64,000 bases of DNA from a virus (taxonomy: Duplodnaviria; Caudoviricetes), in the IMG/VR virus record IMGVR_UViG_3300010885_080481. The stretch is one strand, 5' to 3'. Of the stretch, positions 21,019 to 30,078 are shown piece after piece. Positions within the stretch are counted from its first letter, which is position 1, and each line of letters starts with the position of its first letter. The translations under genes were made by a program, and so were the position numbers. A model generated the notes under the pieces. That model was not told the origin of the DNA. It searched no databases and worked only from the letters and a program-made list of their open reading frames with translations.

Positions 21019-21987
21019 ATGCCTGTTAAATTTAGAAGAGTTGGAATAACCAATAACATTTATAATTCTGGATTTCCGGTTGGGAGACCAGCACTTGGTC
21101 CTGCTGGGCCGCAAGGAGAAACAGGACTAGCTGGTCCGACCGGACCTACCGGTCCAACAGGTCCGACCGGATCTGTTGGTCCAACTGGTACAGCTGGTTC
21201 CGCTGGTCCGCAAGGACCGACTGGGCCATCAGGATCGACTGGGTCGCAAGGTGATAAAGGCGAAACAGGAGCCGCTGGCGATCGAGGAGAGACAGGGCCG
21301 ACAGGACCTGCTGGTTCGACAGGTCCTCAGGGTGACAGAGGCGACAATGGTGCTACGGGAGCAACCGGTGATAGAGGAGAAGCAGGACCGACAGGCCCGT
21401 CTGGGTCTACAGGACCTCAAGGTGACAGAGGCGACAATGGTGCTACAGGCGATCAAGGTCCCACAGGCGCCGCAGGGCCGACTGGTCCGACAGGACCTCA
21501 AGGTAATCGTGGCGATAACGGCGCGACGGGTGCCACGGGTGCCACGGGCGCCACGGGTGATCGCGGCGAAGTAGGCGCTACAGGGGCGACTGGCCCTACG
21601 GGGACAGCCGTCGGAAGTTTCTTGTTTTACTTTGGTGCTACAAGCATAAGCATTGATGCAACGAGATACTTGTATCCGGGAAGCTCCACTTCTGCAGCAT
21701 CATCTACCATCGTCCAAATTCCTATGCCAATAAGAGGTAATATCACTAAAATGTACCTTGCTCAATTAGCTGGTTCAGGAACTCGATCTATTGATTATAA
21801 ACTTTACGTAAATGGATCTGCATCAGGCATGGGCGTATCAACAACCACTAGTGGCACCGACGCAAATACCACAGACTCTATCTCGATATCCTTAGGCGAT
21901 AAAATTGCCGTGGCATCAGTACCAGCTGCAGGGACGGGCACAACTCCATCTAATATAATGATAGTAGTAGTTCTTGAGCCTACGTGA
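21019..21987 (+). CDS. Collagen-like protein with a C-terminal beta-sandwich head (BclA-like layout)
   Basis: 57 uninterrupted Gly-X-Y triplets (21097-21609), 27 with Thr at Y; C-terminal ~125-aa beta domain. Confidence 0.85.
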   Translation: MPVKFRRVGITNNIYNSGFPVGRPALGPAGPQGETGLAGPTGPTGPTGPTGSVGPTGTAGSAGPQGPTGPSGSTGSQGDKGETGAAGDRGETGPTGPAGSTGPQGDRGDNGATGATGDRGEAGPTGPSGSTGPQGDRGDNGATGDQGPTGAAGPTGPTGPQGNRGDNGATGATGATGATGDRGEVGATGATGPTGTAVGSFLFYFGATSISIDATRYLYPGSSTSAASSTIVQIPMPIRGNITKMYLAQLAGSGTRSIDYKLYVNGSASGMGVSTTTSGTDANTTDSISISLGDKIAVASVPAAGTGTTPSNIMIVVVLEPT

Positions 21988-22030
21988 TTCCGCAATTTAC
22001 TTTAACAAAAACAGAAATATCATATAAGTC

Positions 22031-22210
22031 ATGCCAGCAACAACAGATGTATTATTGGTGAAGATAAAGCAGCTAGAGCTTCAAATCCAGGAAATCATTA
22101 AAAAAGGTCACGATGCGTCTGCTTTACAAGAGCAATTGAATGAAATGAAAAATTCTTTCATTCTAAAAAACGAAGCTCTAGGCAATAAATCCAACATTCT
22201 AAAAGGTTAA
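22031..22210 (+). CDS. Small coiled-coil protein (59 aa), absent from the ORF track
   Basis: MPATTDVLLVKIKQLELQIQEIIKKGHDASALQEQLNEMKNSFILKNEALGNKSNILKG*; ATG 22031, TAA 22208-22210; fills the intergenic gap. Confidence 0.65.
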   Translation: MPATTDVLLVKIKQLELQIQEIIKKGHDASALQEQLNEMKNSFILKNEALGNKSNILKG

Positions 22211-22222
22211 TAAAAATAACAT

Positions 22223-22441
22223 ATGCAAAAGGTAGACTTATATCAGCCCATGATCAGCGCCCGTGTTGGAGCACCACCGTTGGTTCTTAACGTAGGTGTA
22301 CAAAGAAGCTCAGCAGAAATCATGGGAGGTCCAGTGGAGAATGCTCTCCGCGCCGAATATTATGTGTTGTTGTCAGCTCTTCCTGATGAACTAAGAGAAA
22401 GAGTCAAGACGGCAGTGCAAGCAATTTTGTCTTCTACGTGA
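22223..22441 (+). CDS. Hypothetical protein
   Basis: 72-aa ORF ending 3 nt before the endolysin ATG. Confidence 0.55.
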   Translation: MQKVDLYQPMISARVGAPPLVLNVGVQRSSAEIMGGPVENALRAEYYVLLSALPDELRERVKTAVQAILSST

Positions 22442-22444
22442 ATT

Positions 22445-23233
22445 ATGAAAACGTTGTATCCAGGAATGAAAGGTGCCGATGTAAAGCGTTGGCAAATTTT
22501 TCTTAGAGGATTATTCAATGACTCCAATGTGATCGTCAATGGAGAATATGACTCCGTTACTCTTGAGGCAACACGAGCATTTCAAGCCTCTAAGGATCTT
22601 GACGCAGATGGTATCGTAGGTCCTAAAACCATATCTGCAGCTTTATTAGACGGATTCGACGTAATGAAAGATAATTCATCTGGAGAATTTGGACCTAACT
22701 GGCCTTCTAGACCTGTGAATAACCCGTTGACTCCTCTTGAAAGAATGCGTTTGTTTGGGAAATTTTCTTTTATTTCGTCCCCAACGCAGACAAATCCAGA
22801 GTCGATTAAGATTACTGATAATTGGTCGAAAGACAACATAATCGTGGTGCAAGTCCCTCAACTAGTGGGGATCCCAGGATCTTTACATGACGGGACAGCC
22901 CACGTTCATAGAAAGATATCAAGACAATTCTTGAAATTGTTTGATGATTGGCAATCAGCAAATTTAACTGAAAAAATTCTAGCCTGGGGTGGGTCATGGG
23001 TGCCGAGGTTCGTGAGAGGGTCAAGGACTTCTTTATCTAATCATGCTTGGGGCACGGCCTTTGATATAAATCACCAATGGAACGGGCTGGGTGTCCGTCC
23101 TGCACTTCGAGATGAAAAAGGATCGGTTAGAGAACTAGTCGATATTGCATATCAAAACGGATTTTATTGGGGAGGATGGTTCAAATCTAGACCTGATGGA
23201 ATGCATTTTGAGGCTTACAAAATAATCGAGTGA
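22445..23233 (+). CDS. Endolysin: PG_binding_1 domain plus M15-family peptidase
   Basis: GMKGADVKRWQ..L...G.YDSVT..AT.AFQ...DLDADGIVGPKT (PG-binding); R.VRG..TSLSNHAWGTAFDIN and DGMHFE (Zn ligands H, D, H). Confidence 0.9.
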   Translation: MKTLYPGMKGADVKRWQIFLRGLFNDSNVIVNGEYDSVTLEATRAFQASKDLDADGIVGPKTISAALLDGFDVMKDNSSGEFGPNWPSRPVNNPLTPLERMRLFGKFSFISSPTQTNPESIKITDNWSKDNIIVVQVPQLVGIPGSLHDGTAHVHRKISRQFLKLFDDWQSANLTEKILAWGGSWVPRFVRGSRTSLSNHAWGTAFDINHQWNGLGVRPALRDEKGSVRELVDIAYQNGFYWGGWFKSRPDGMHFEAYKIIE

Positions 23234-23251
23234 CTATTTAATCAACACTAT

Positions 23252-23632
23252 ATGGCATTCAGAGACGCATCGCGAACCAGAAAAGCTTACTCGTACTATA
23301 GACCTAGACCACAAATCCAGATGGTAACAAGTGTAGCTGAGACCAAAAGTCTTCTACAGCAGATCAGCAACTTAGCCTCGCTCACTACTGTTTCCATGAT
23401 ATGGAATGAAACGCTTTCAGGACCGGCTGACGATTCAAACATGACTTTTGAATTGTCTTATACTCCTGTTGCTGACACCGAAATAATGTTGTTCATAAAC
23501 GGAGTTCTTCAACATAGAAATAATGGAGAAAACAAAGATTTTAGCATATCAGGCAAAGTAATCACCATGAATTTTCCTCCGCACACGGGAGATGAAGTCA
23601 CCGCGACATATGCGTACGATCCTTCAGCTTAA
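23252..23632 (+). CDS. Small virion protein with an Ig-like beta domain
   Basis: TFELSYTP....IMLFINGVLQ......DFSISGKVIT.NFPP..GDEVTATY; N-terminal basic motif shared with 12577. Confidence 0.55.
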   Translation: MAFRDASRTRKAYSYYRPRPQIQMVTSVAETKSLLQQISNLASLTTVSMIWNETLSGPADDSNMTFELSYTPVADTEIMLFINGVLQHRNNGENKDFSISGKVITMNFPPHTGDEVTATYAYDPSA

Positions 23633-23691
23633 TTTGAATCATTCTTGATAGATTCTTCATAAATTCGTGGCTGTCGCTGATACGTAGTATT

Positions 23692-24867
23692 ATGGCTACG
23701 TTTTCTGAGACTATTAACCCAACGCCTTTTGGTTTTTTCGATTCAGATACAAATTTTCAATCTGAAGCCGATGCCATGGTTCTTTTCGTTAAACGTAAGC
23801 TAGGAGACGATGTTCTTTCAGTCGAGTTAACGAAAAAAGAGATATGGGCATGCTTTGAAGAGGCATGCTGTGAGTATAGTCGTCTAATACATGAAACAAA
23901 AATCACTTCTGAGTTGACCAACCTTTTGGGCCTTCCCACGGGATCTGCCGACATTACCAACAGATATGCTAAAATGACGTTGGATCATTTACTTAGGCTA
24001 GCAGAACCCTATGCTTCAAATGCATTTGTTGGAGGTTCTTACGATGCAACTTTGGGGTACATAGATTTAATTGCAGGCCGCCAAGATTACGACATTTATT
24101 CTGACGTCAAGGATAACGAAACCGGGATAGGAATTTATGATAGTATGCCTTCCGGGTCCAAGGGAAAGCTAAAGGTTGTAGAGGTATTTCATTTTGAACC
24201 GTTGGCTGCTCAGCAATTTTTATTGAATGCATCGAATATTACGAACTTTTTGGCGACGAATTTTAATTACGAATCTTACGTAAATTCGACGGTTTTTTAT
24301 GTGTTACCTGTATTTGAAGACGTTCTTAGAAGAGGAATGTTGGAAACAGCTTTTAGGGTAAGAAGGTCCAATTACAGCTATGAAATTTTAGGTAGGAAAT
24401 TGAGAATTTTTCCTATTCCGACGACCGATTTGCAAACAGGACGTCTGTATATGAAACTTATGAAACCTCAGAATCCATTGTCACCATCATATCATGATGA
24501 TTCAATATATGGAGTATCTGGACCCAGCAACGTACCATTGGGTAACATACCATTTAAATCAATAAATCAACCTGGAAGACAGTGGATACGACAGATGACC
24601 CTCGCGTTGAGCAAAGAACTTTTAGGGTTAATTCGTTCTAAATTTCAAACAGTCCCCATCCCCAATGCAGATCTGCAACTCAATGGTGATGCTCTTATCT
24701 CACAGGCTCGTGAAGACAAAGACAAATTAACGACGCAAATGAAAGAATTTTTGGCTAACTTGACGTACCAAAAGTTGATGGAAGCTGATGCATTGGCGGC
24801 AGAAAACATAAATAAGCAATTACGTTTTATACCTATGCCGCTCGGAAAAGCCATTAGCATAGGATGA
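23692..24867 (+). CDS. Neck protein (T4 gp13-like head-tail adaptor)
   Basis: VKRKLG..VLSVELT...I.ACFEEA..EY near the N-terminus; WIRQMTLALSKELLG..RSKF..VP.P.ADLQLNG.AL...A near the C-terminus; first gene of the neck-tail block. Confidence 0.7.
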   Translation: MATFSETINPTPFGFFDSDTNFQSEADAMVLFVKRKLGDDVLSVELTKKEIWACFEEACCEYSRLIHETKITSELTNLLGLPTGSADITNRYAKMTLDHLLRLAEPYASNAFVGGSYDATLGYIDLIAGRQDYDIYSDVKDNETGIGIYDSMPSGSKGKLKVVEVFHFEPLAAQQFLLNASNITNFLATNFNYESYVNSTVFYVLPVFEDVLRRGMLETAFRVRRSNYSYEILGRKLRIFPIPTTDLQTGRLYMKLMKPQNPLSPSYHDDSIYGVSGPSNVPLGNIPFKSINQPGRQWIRQMTLALSKELLGLIRSKFQTVPIPNADLQLNGDALISQAREDKDKLTTQMKEFLANLTYQKLMEADALAAENINKQLRFIPMPLGKAISIG

Positions 24868-24878
24868 AAGGATGACCT

Positions 24879-25547
24879 ATGGCTCGCCTTTTTATTACTC
24901 AAAGAGAAATAAATTTTATATCAGACATCACAAAAGAAGTAATAAAGGATGTCATAGGTCAAAAAATCTATTACTATCCCATCTCTGAAACAAAAACAAA
25001 AACTCACACAGTCTATGCAGAAGCTATCCAAAAGATATTCGACAATCCTTTGATAATAGATGCGATTGTTAGCAGCCAGTTCCAAATAGACACGAAGATA
25101 GATAAATTCGGTATAGACACCAATTTCAAATCTGAAGTCTTCATTCAACACAGAGACATGGTAGAAAAAGGCATATCTCCTGCAATAGGAGATTATTACT
25201 CTTTCAGCGACGTGTTTTATGAAATAACTGAATACAGATACATGCGTAACATCTACGGTCAACCTGAAAACATCGACGGAATTGCGCTTGTGGGAACCAG
25301 AGTTCGTGAAAGCCAGTTCAAGACGATTCTCAAGGGTCCGACAGACATTGTCTACACAGATCCAGATGCAGCTCAAACAACTTTCGTACAACAACGTGGA
25401 TTTGCTGATAATGCCGATGGCCCCACCGCCGACGTTAGAGACCTGGTGAGGCAAGGAGTTCTCGATCCGCCAATCACGGGTCCCAGGGAAGTATCACCTC
25501 GCGGAGACTCTACGGGAGCCGGCAACTCTTTTTATGATGAGGAATGA
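24879..25547 (+). CDS. Neck/head-closure protein (T4 gp14-like)
   Basis: MARLF...EI.FI..I.KE....VIGQKIYYY; P.IGDY......FYEI; position between gp13-like and gp15-like genes. Confidence 0.65.
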   Translation: MARLFITQREINFISDITKEVIKDVIGQKIYYYPISETKTKTHTVYAEAIQKIFDNPLIIDAIVSSQFQIDTKIDKFGIDTNFKSEVFIQHRDMVEKGISPAIGDYYSFSDVFYEITEYRYMRNIYGQPENIDGIALVGTRVRESQFKTILKGPTDIVYTDPDAAQTTFVQQRGFADNADGPTADVRDLVRQGVLDPPITGPREVSPRGDSTGAGNSFYDEE

Positions 25548-25550
25548 AGC

Positions 25551-26891
25551 ATGGCGACAAGATTTAATTCCAAGAGTTCTCCAAAGTATGGAGTTTCAGG
25601 CATAGCCGATAAAACCCATCAAGATTCACCTGACCTTTCAATTCCGTCAGTCGGGATTGAAGATGTCGACGTGTCGCTTTTCAATCTATTTGAAAAAGAA
25701 ATTCCTCTTCAGGTAAGCGGAGACAATTCTACCCCTAAGAAAGTGCCTGTAATTTTTGCCTCTGGCGAAAAGTGGGCAATGTTAAAAAAGTATCAAGCTA
25801 TCAGGGATAGAAATGGATCATTAATATTGCCTCTGATCACAATCTTAAGAAATTCGATAGAACAGGATCTCACAAACGACATTGCTGGTAGAGGTATCAA
25901 TCAGCAGACCAACGAAATCGTGATCCGCAGAAGGTTGGATAAATCTGATAGAAGCTACCAAAATTTGATCAACCGTTACTTAGTAAAGAATCAAAAAAAT
26001 GTGGCGACTAACAACTATAGAGAGCATCTGCCTGATCAACTGTTGACCAACAGAAGTGTTGGCGAAGATCAAGATGACCCCACTATAATAGATGGTGGAT
26101 GGTTGGCTGATATAAAATCTAAAAATATTTACGAGACGATCGTCATACCATCACCTCGATTTTGTTCTATCAAATATGATGTATCACTATGGACACAATA
26201 CACCCAGCATATGAATCAGTTGCTAGAACAAATAATGTCATCATTTTTACCGCAAGGTAATGCGTGGCGTTTAGATACGCCTAAAGGCTATTGGTTCATC
26301 GCGACAGTTGACGGGTCATTTGATCCAGAAACTAATTTCGAAGCGATAGAGCAAGAAGAAAGATTGGTGAGACATAAATTTTCTGTGAACGTAAATGCTT
26401 ATATCTTCGCCGGAGCCGCGCCTGGCGTCAATGTGCCAATCAAACGTTACGTTTCTTCGCCCGTGGTCACTTTTGATACGGGTTTAGAACCGAATGTTGG
26501 CTCAGGTATGAGTAAGACGGCAAACACGACTGGCAATCCATTTCTAGGGTCTGATGATCCGACCTTACCTTTGTCCAATGACAAAAATCGTCGACCAGAT
26601 CAAAGAAATACTGGAACCAGACTGTATGATCCAAAAACCGACAATTTGGCGACAACTGATCCTGCTCTCAACGCCAGAACCGCTCAGCAGTATAACCCCG
26701 TGTACACGAAAGTTGTGTCTCAAGATTCAACGGGCAAACAAGTCATTAAATATGATAGGTCTTATAGGGTTACAGCAGCATCTGGGGAGACAGTCTTGAA
26801 ACCAGCTTCGGATTTTGTATCAAAACCAGGAATAGCTACGGCCGATGCAATCTTAGGCGGGTTGACTTACGAGAGCGGCAACGACCTCTAA
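25551..26891 (+). CDS. Tail terminator/sheath-stabiliser-like protein (T4 gp15-like)
   Basis: IEDVD.SLF..F, VPVIFASGEKW, LPLITI.R, P..C.I.YDVSLWTQY..HMNQLLEQI; immediately upstream of the sheath genes. Confidence 0.6.
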   Translation: MATRFNSKSSPKYGVSGIADKTHQDSPDLSIPSVGIEDVDVSLFNLFEKEIPLQVSGDNSTPKKVPVIFASGEKWAMLKKYQAIRDRNGSLILPLITILRNSIEQDLTNDIAGRGINQQTNEIVIRRRLDKSDRSYQNLINRYLVKNQKNVATNNYREHLPDQLLTNRSVGEDQDDPTIIDGGWLADIKSKNIYETIVIPSPRFCSIKYDVSLWTQYTQHMNQLLEQIMSSFLPQGNAWRLDTPKGYWFIATVDGSFDPETNFEAIEQEERLVRHKFSVNVNAYIFAGAAPGVNVPIKRYVSSPVVTFDTGLEPNVGSGMSKTANTTGNPFLGSDDPTLPLSNDKNRRPDQRNTGTRLYDPKTDNLATTDPALNARTAQQYNPVYTKVVSQDSTGKQVIKYDRSYRVTAASGETVLKPASDFVSKPGIATADAILGGLTYESGNDL

Positions 26892-26936
26892 AAACATGTT
26901 AGATTAATTGACAAAAGTTTTTTGGATTTATCCATA

Positions 26937-26944
26937 ATACTTAT
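26937..26944 (+). promoter_or_regulatory. ATANTTAT promoter-like motif (ATACTTAT)
   Basis: 40 nt upstream of the sheath-1 ATG at 26985. Confidence 0.55.
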
Positions 26945-26984
26945 AGAAAAGTTTTTCTATAGTGTTTTTAGAAGGAGAATTATA

Positions 26985-29900
26985 ATGGCCGAGCAAGTAT
27001 TCAGATCGCCTAATTTTTTTGAACGTGAAATTGAGCTCAAAGCTCCACCCCCTGGAGGTCCTGTAGGGGTTCCTGCTGGAGTAATCGGGACTGCTAGAAA
27101 GGGTCCTGCGTTCGTTCCTGTCACGGTCGCAAGCTGGAATGAGTTCGTTAGCGTCTTTGGCGATCTTGATCCAAAGAAGTTCGGTCCTTATGCCGTCAAT
27201 GAATTTTTGAAAAATCGTGCTTCTCTCACCTACATGCGTGTTCTCGGTGCAGGTGCCAATCGCACCGTTGGTGATATCTCGGATACGACTTCAACAGGTA
27301 GAGTTAAAAATGCGGGATTCAAGCTGACACCAACTCCGCTCGGCGGAGACAAGGATGCGCACGCAAGATCTACTGGAGACTTGCAGTTTTTGGTAGCTGA
27401 TCATACGATCGCCACCAACGAATCGGCAGGCATGCCGATGTTCACTGACAACGATTCTCGCACCCAAGCCAATAACATTTCTTTGGTCAGGGGTATGGTC
27501 ATGTTGGCTTCTGGTGCCAGAATGTTGGTATTGGATGGAGATGAGGTCCTTGGTACTAAAGCAGATACAGCTGTGGCAATTGATGATTCTGCTCAAATCA
27601 AATCAGGAAAGTTTAAGATAGTCATTTCTTCTTCTTTAGGCAGCAGCTTCTCTTTCGATGACAAGAAGACAGGCATCAAAATTTATACTGCCTCTATGAA
27701 TCCATCGAGCGCGGATTATTTCGGCAAGATCTTAAATAGAGATCCTGAGAAATTCGCTCAATATCAGCATCTTTTGTATACCGACTTTGCGGTGGACGAA
27801 GAAGTTGCTGGCGTTCTAGAAGGAGATTACATTGCAGTTCTATCAGGAACCGCGAACAAGAGTCTTACATCAGGTGACGTCACATCTGATTTTAGCTCTT
27901 CTTACACTTCTTTTAACACGAGATTCTCAACTCCAAAGACGACGTTCTTCATATCTCAACCTTTCGGTTCTACGGAATATGATCTATTCGCCGTTGAAGC
28001 AATCGACGACGGCGAGTATGCAAACAGTCTCTACAAGATTTCAATAAGCAATCTTAAAGTTTCAGAAAATGAAGCTTACGAGTATGGCACGTTCAATCTG
28101 CAGATCCGCGATTTTAATGACACTGACATTAATCCACGCGTGATTGAAGAGTTCGTCAACTGTTCTTTGGATCCTGATTCTAGTAACTACGTCGCAAAAC
28201 TTGTCGGTGACCGTAAGGTGACGTACGATTTTGATCAAGACATATCGACAGAGCGCCGCATCGTCACGACTGGTAAATATCAAAATGTGTCGAAGTTCGT
28301 CAGAGTCGTCATGTCAACGGCCGTCGAAGAGAAGAAGGTTCCTGCTCGAACGTTGCCTTTCGGCTTCCGCGGCGCAGAGGTGTTAAAGACCAATGATAGT
28401 TTAAGCGATCTTGCACCTTCTTTAACATTGAAGAGACTCGGCGGAAGACTTTTAAATAATGCTGATAGTTTTCTTTCAGGCGCAATACTCCCGCCGGTTC
28501 CATTTAGATACAAGGTAACAAAGGGTGCCGTTGATTCAACTCCTTCTTGGGACGGTGATCCTGGTCCTCTAGAGGCAGCAATGCCTTCTCTATACTGGGG
28601 CGTCAAATTCGAAAGAAACAACGATCCGTTGAATTGTAACCTTTCGGAAGAAAAGAATGTTTTGATTGAAAGCTATACCAAGTTCTTGGGAATCAAGAAG
28701 CTAGATGTTCTGGTTACGGGTTCTGGTGCTGATTCTTTCAACAACAACAAGTTCACATTAGCAAAGGTGGCTTTTGCCAACGCGGCGATTTCCGATCTCA
28801 CAGGGACAATCAGATCTCATATGAGAGAGGCAGCATATATCAGAAATGCGAAGGTAGATCCATCGACGTATGTCGTGAAAGACCCAGTGTTGGGTGACAG
28901 AATAACATTCGCATCTTTGTTATCAAACGGTCAAGCTTACGAGTTCAACAAATACTCTAGCTTTGCTAAGTTCACTACGTTTATGCAAGGCGGATTTGAT
29001 GGTTTAAACATACTCGACCCCGCTGCCCGCCGCATGAATGATAAAGCTACTTCTTTTGAAACTCCAAATGGAGCTGCTTCATCGATTTATGTATCACCAG
29101 GACTCAAAACCAATGTGGCAGGATCTGATGTGTCTAACAATGCTATCAGCTCTTATACTACAGCCATTGATTTAATGACAGACCCACTACAGGTTAACGT
29201 CAATCTCTTGGCAATTCCTGGAATTAGAGAGGATTACATAACTAACTACACGTCTAAGAAAGTTAGAGATTATGGTTTATCCATGTACGTTATGGACATT
29301 CCAAACTATGATGATAATGGCGATCGTTTGTATGACGACTCAACCAACCGTATCAATATTGAGAACACGGCGTCGGTTTTTGAAGACAGAACGTTCGATA
29401 ACAATTATGTAGCCACTTACTTCCCGAACGTTTACGTAAATGATCCGACTAACAAACGTTATGTAAAAGTACCTGCATCTGTTGCGGCCTTGGGTGCAAT
29501 TGGATTCAATGATCAAAATGCATATCCATGGTTCGCTCCTGCCGGATTTAATAGAGCAGCCTTGGACTTCGTTAACAATGTTGAAGTCAGATTGAACGTT
29601 TCCGATAGAGATAGATTGTATGATGCTAGGATCAATCCGATCGCAACGTTCCCTCGTCTGGGATTCGTTATCTACGGTCAAAAGACGTTGCAAATCAGAA
29701 AATCTGCTCTTGATAGAGTAAACGTTCGTAGATTGCTTCTCGAGGTGAAGAGAATCATCATAGGAATTGCCAACAGAATCATCTTTGAGCAAAATACACC
29801 AGCGGTTCGCAACAAGTTTGTAGCCGACGCAATTCTTCAGTTAGGTCTCATTCAGACGCAGGCTGGCATCGAAGCATATCAGGTCATTATGAATGAAACA

Positions 29901-30026
29901 AATAACACGCAGGAAGACGTCGACTTGAATCGTCTGAATGGTAGGATCGTTGTTGTCCCGACAAGAGCGATCGAGTTCATTGCTATCGACTTTATCGTAA
30001 CCAATTCTGGTGTCGAATTTGTTTGA
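26985..30026 (+). CDS. Contractile tail sheath protein 1
   Basis: Start at 26985 (AGGAG at 26973-26977). SPNFFEREI, GTARKGPAFVP, PWFAPAGFNRA, RDRLYDARINPI, GQKTLQ...SALDRVNVRRLL, PTRAIEFIAIDF. Confidence 0.92.
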   Translation: MAEQVFRSPNFFEREIELKAPPPGGPVGVPAGVIGTARKGPAFVPVTVASWNEFVSVFGDLDPKKFGPYAVNEFLKNRASLTYMRVLGAGANRTVGDISDTTSTGRVKNAGFKLTPTPLGGDKDAHARSTGDLQFLVADHTIATNESAGMPMFTDNDSRTQANNISLVRGMVMLASGARMLVLDGDEVLGTKADTAVAIDDSAQIKSGKFKIVISSSLGSSFSFDDKKTGIKIYTASMNPSSADYFGKILNRDPEKFAQYQHLLYTDFAVDEEVAGVLEGDYIAVLSGTANKSLTSGDVTSDFSSSYTSFNTRFSTPKTTFFISQPFGSTEYDLFAVEAIDDGEYANSLYKISISNLKVSENEAYEYGTFNLQIRDFNDTDINPRVIEEFVNCSLDPDSSNYVAKLVGDRKVTYDFDQDISTERRIVTTGKYQNVSKFVRVVMSTAVEEKKVPARTLPFGFRGAEVLKTNDSLSDLAPSLTLKRLGGRLLNNADSFLSGAILPPVPFRYKVTKGAVDSTPSWDGDPGPLEAAMPSLYWGVKFERNNDPLNCNLSEEKNVLIESYTKFLGIKKLDVLVTGSGADSFNNNKFTLAKVAFANAAISDLTGTIRSHMREAAYIRNAKVDPSTYVVKDPVLGDRITFASLLSNGQAYEFNKYSSFAKFTTFMQGGFDGLNILDPAARRMNDKATSFETPNGAASSIYVSPGLKTNVAGSDVSNNAISSYTTAIDLMTDPLQVNVNLLAIPGIREDYITNYTSKKVRDYGLSMYVMDIPNYDDNGDRLYDDSTNRINIENTASVFEDRTFDNNYVATYFPNVYVNDPTNKRYVKVPASVAALGAIGFNDQNAYPWFAPAGFNRAALDFVNNVEVRLNVSDRDRLYDARINPIATFPRLGFVIYGQKTLQIRKSALDRVNVRRLLLEVKRIIIGIANRIIFEQNTPAVRNKFVADAILQLGLIQTQAGIEAYQVIMNETNNTQEDVDLNRLNGRIVVVPTRAIEFIAIDFIVTNSGVEFV

Positions 30027-30045
30027 TGCAAACGTCGGGAGATTT

Positions 30046-30053
30046 ATACTTAT
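30046..30053 (+). promoter_or_regulatory. ATANTTAT promoter-like motif (ATACTTAT)
   Basis: 25 nt upstream of the sheath-2 ATG. Confidence 0.55.
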
Positions 30054-30078
30054 CATGCAAAGCTTAGGAGCGATATAA

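Noticed and set aside
24921-25454. 177-aa antisense ORF over the gp14-like gene, and similar ones at 13627, 29340, 29841, 41484, 43016 and 43113
   Set aside because: Fully overlap well-supported + strand genes and show no recognisable family features.
26922-26984. Longer upstream starts in the ORF track (26922, 52906, 56378, 57806, 59294, 62142, 63370)
   Set aside because: Downstream ATGs have better SD spacing or stop-start coupling, and the extensions overlap promoter motifs or upstream genes.
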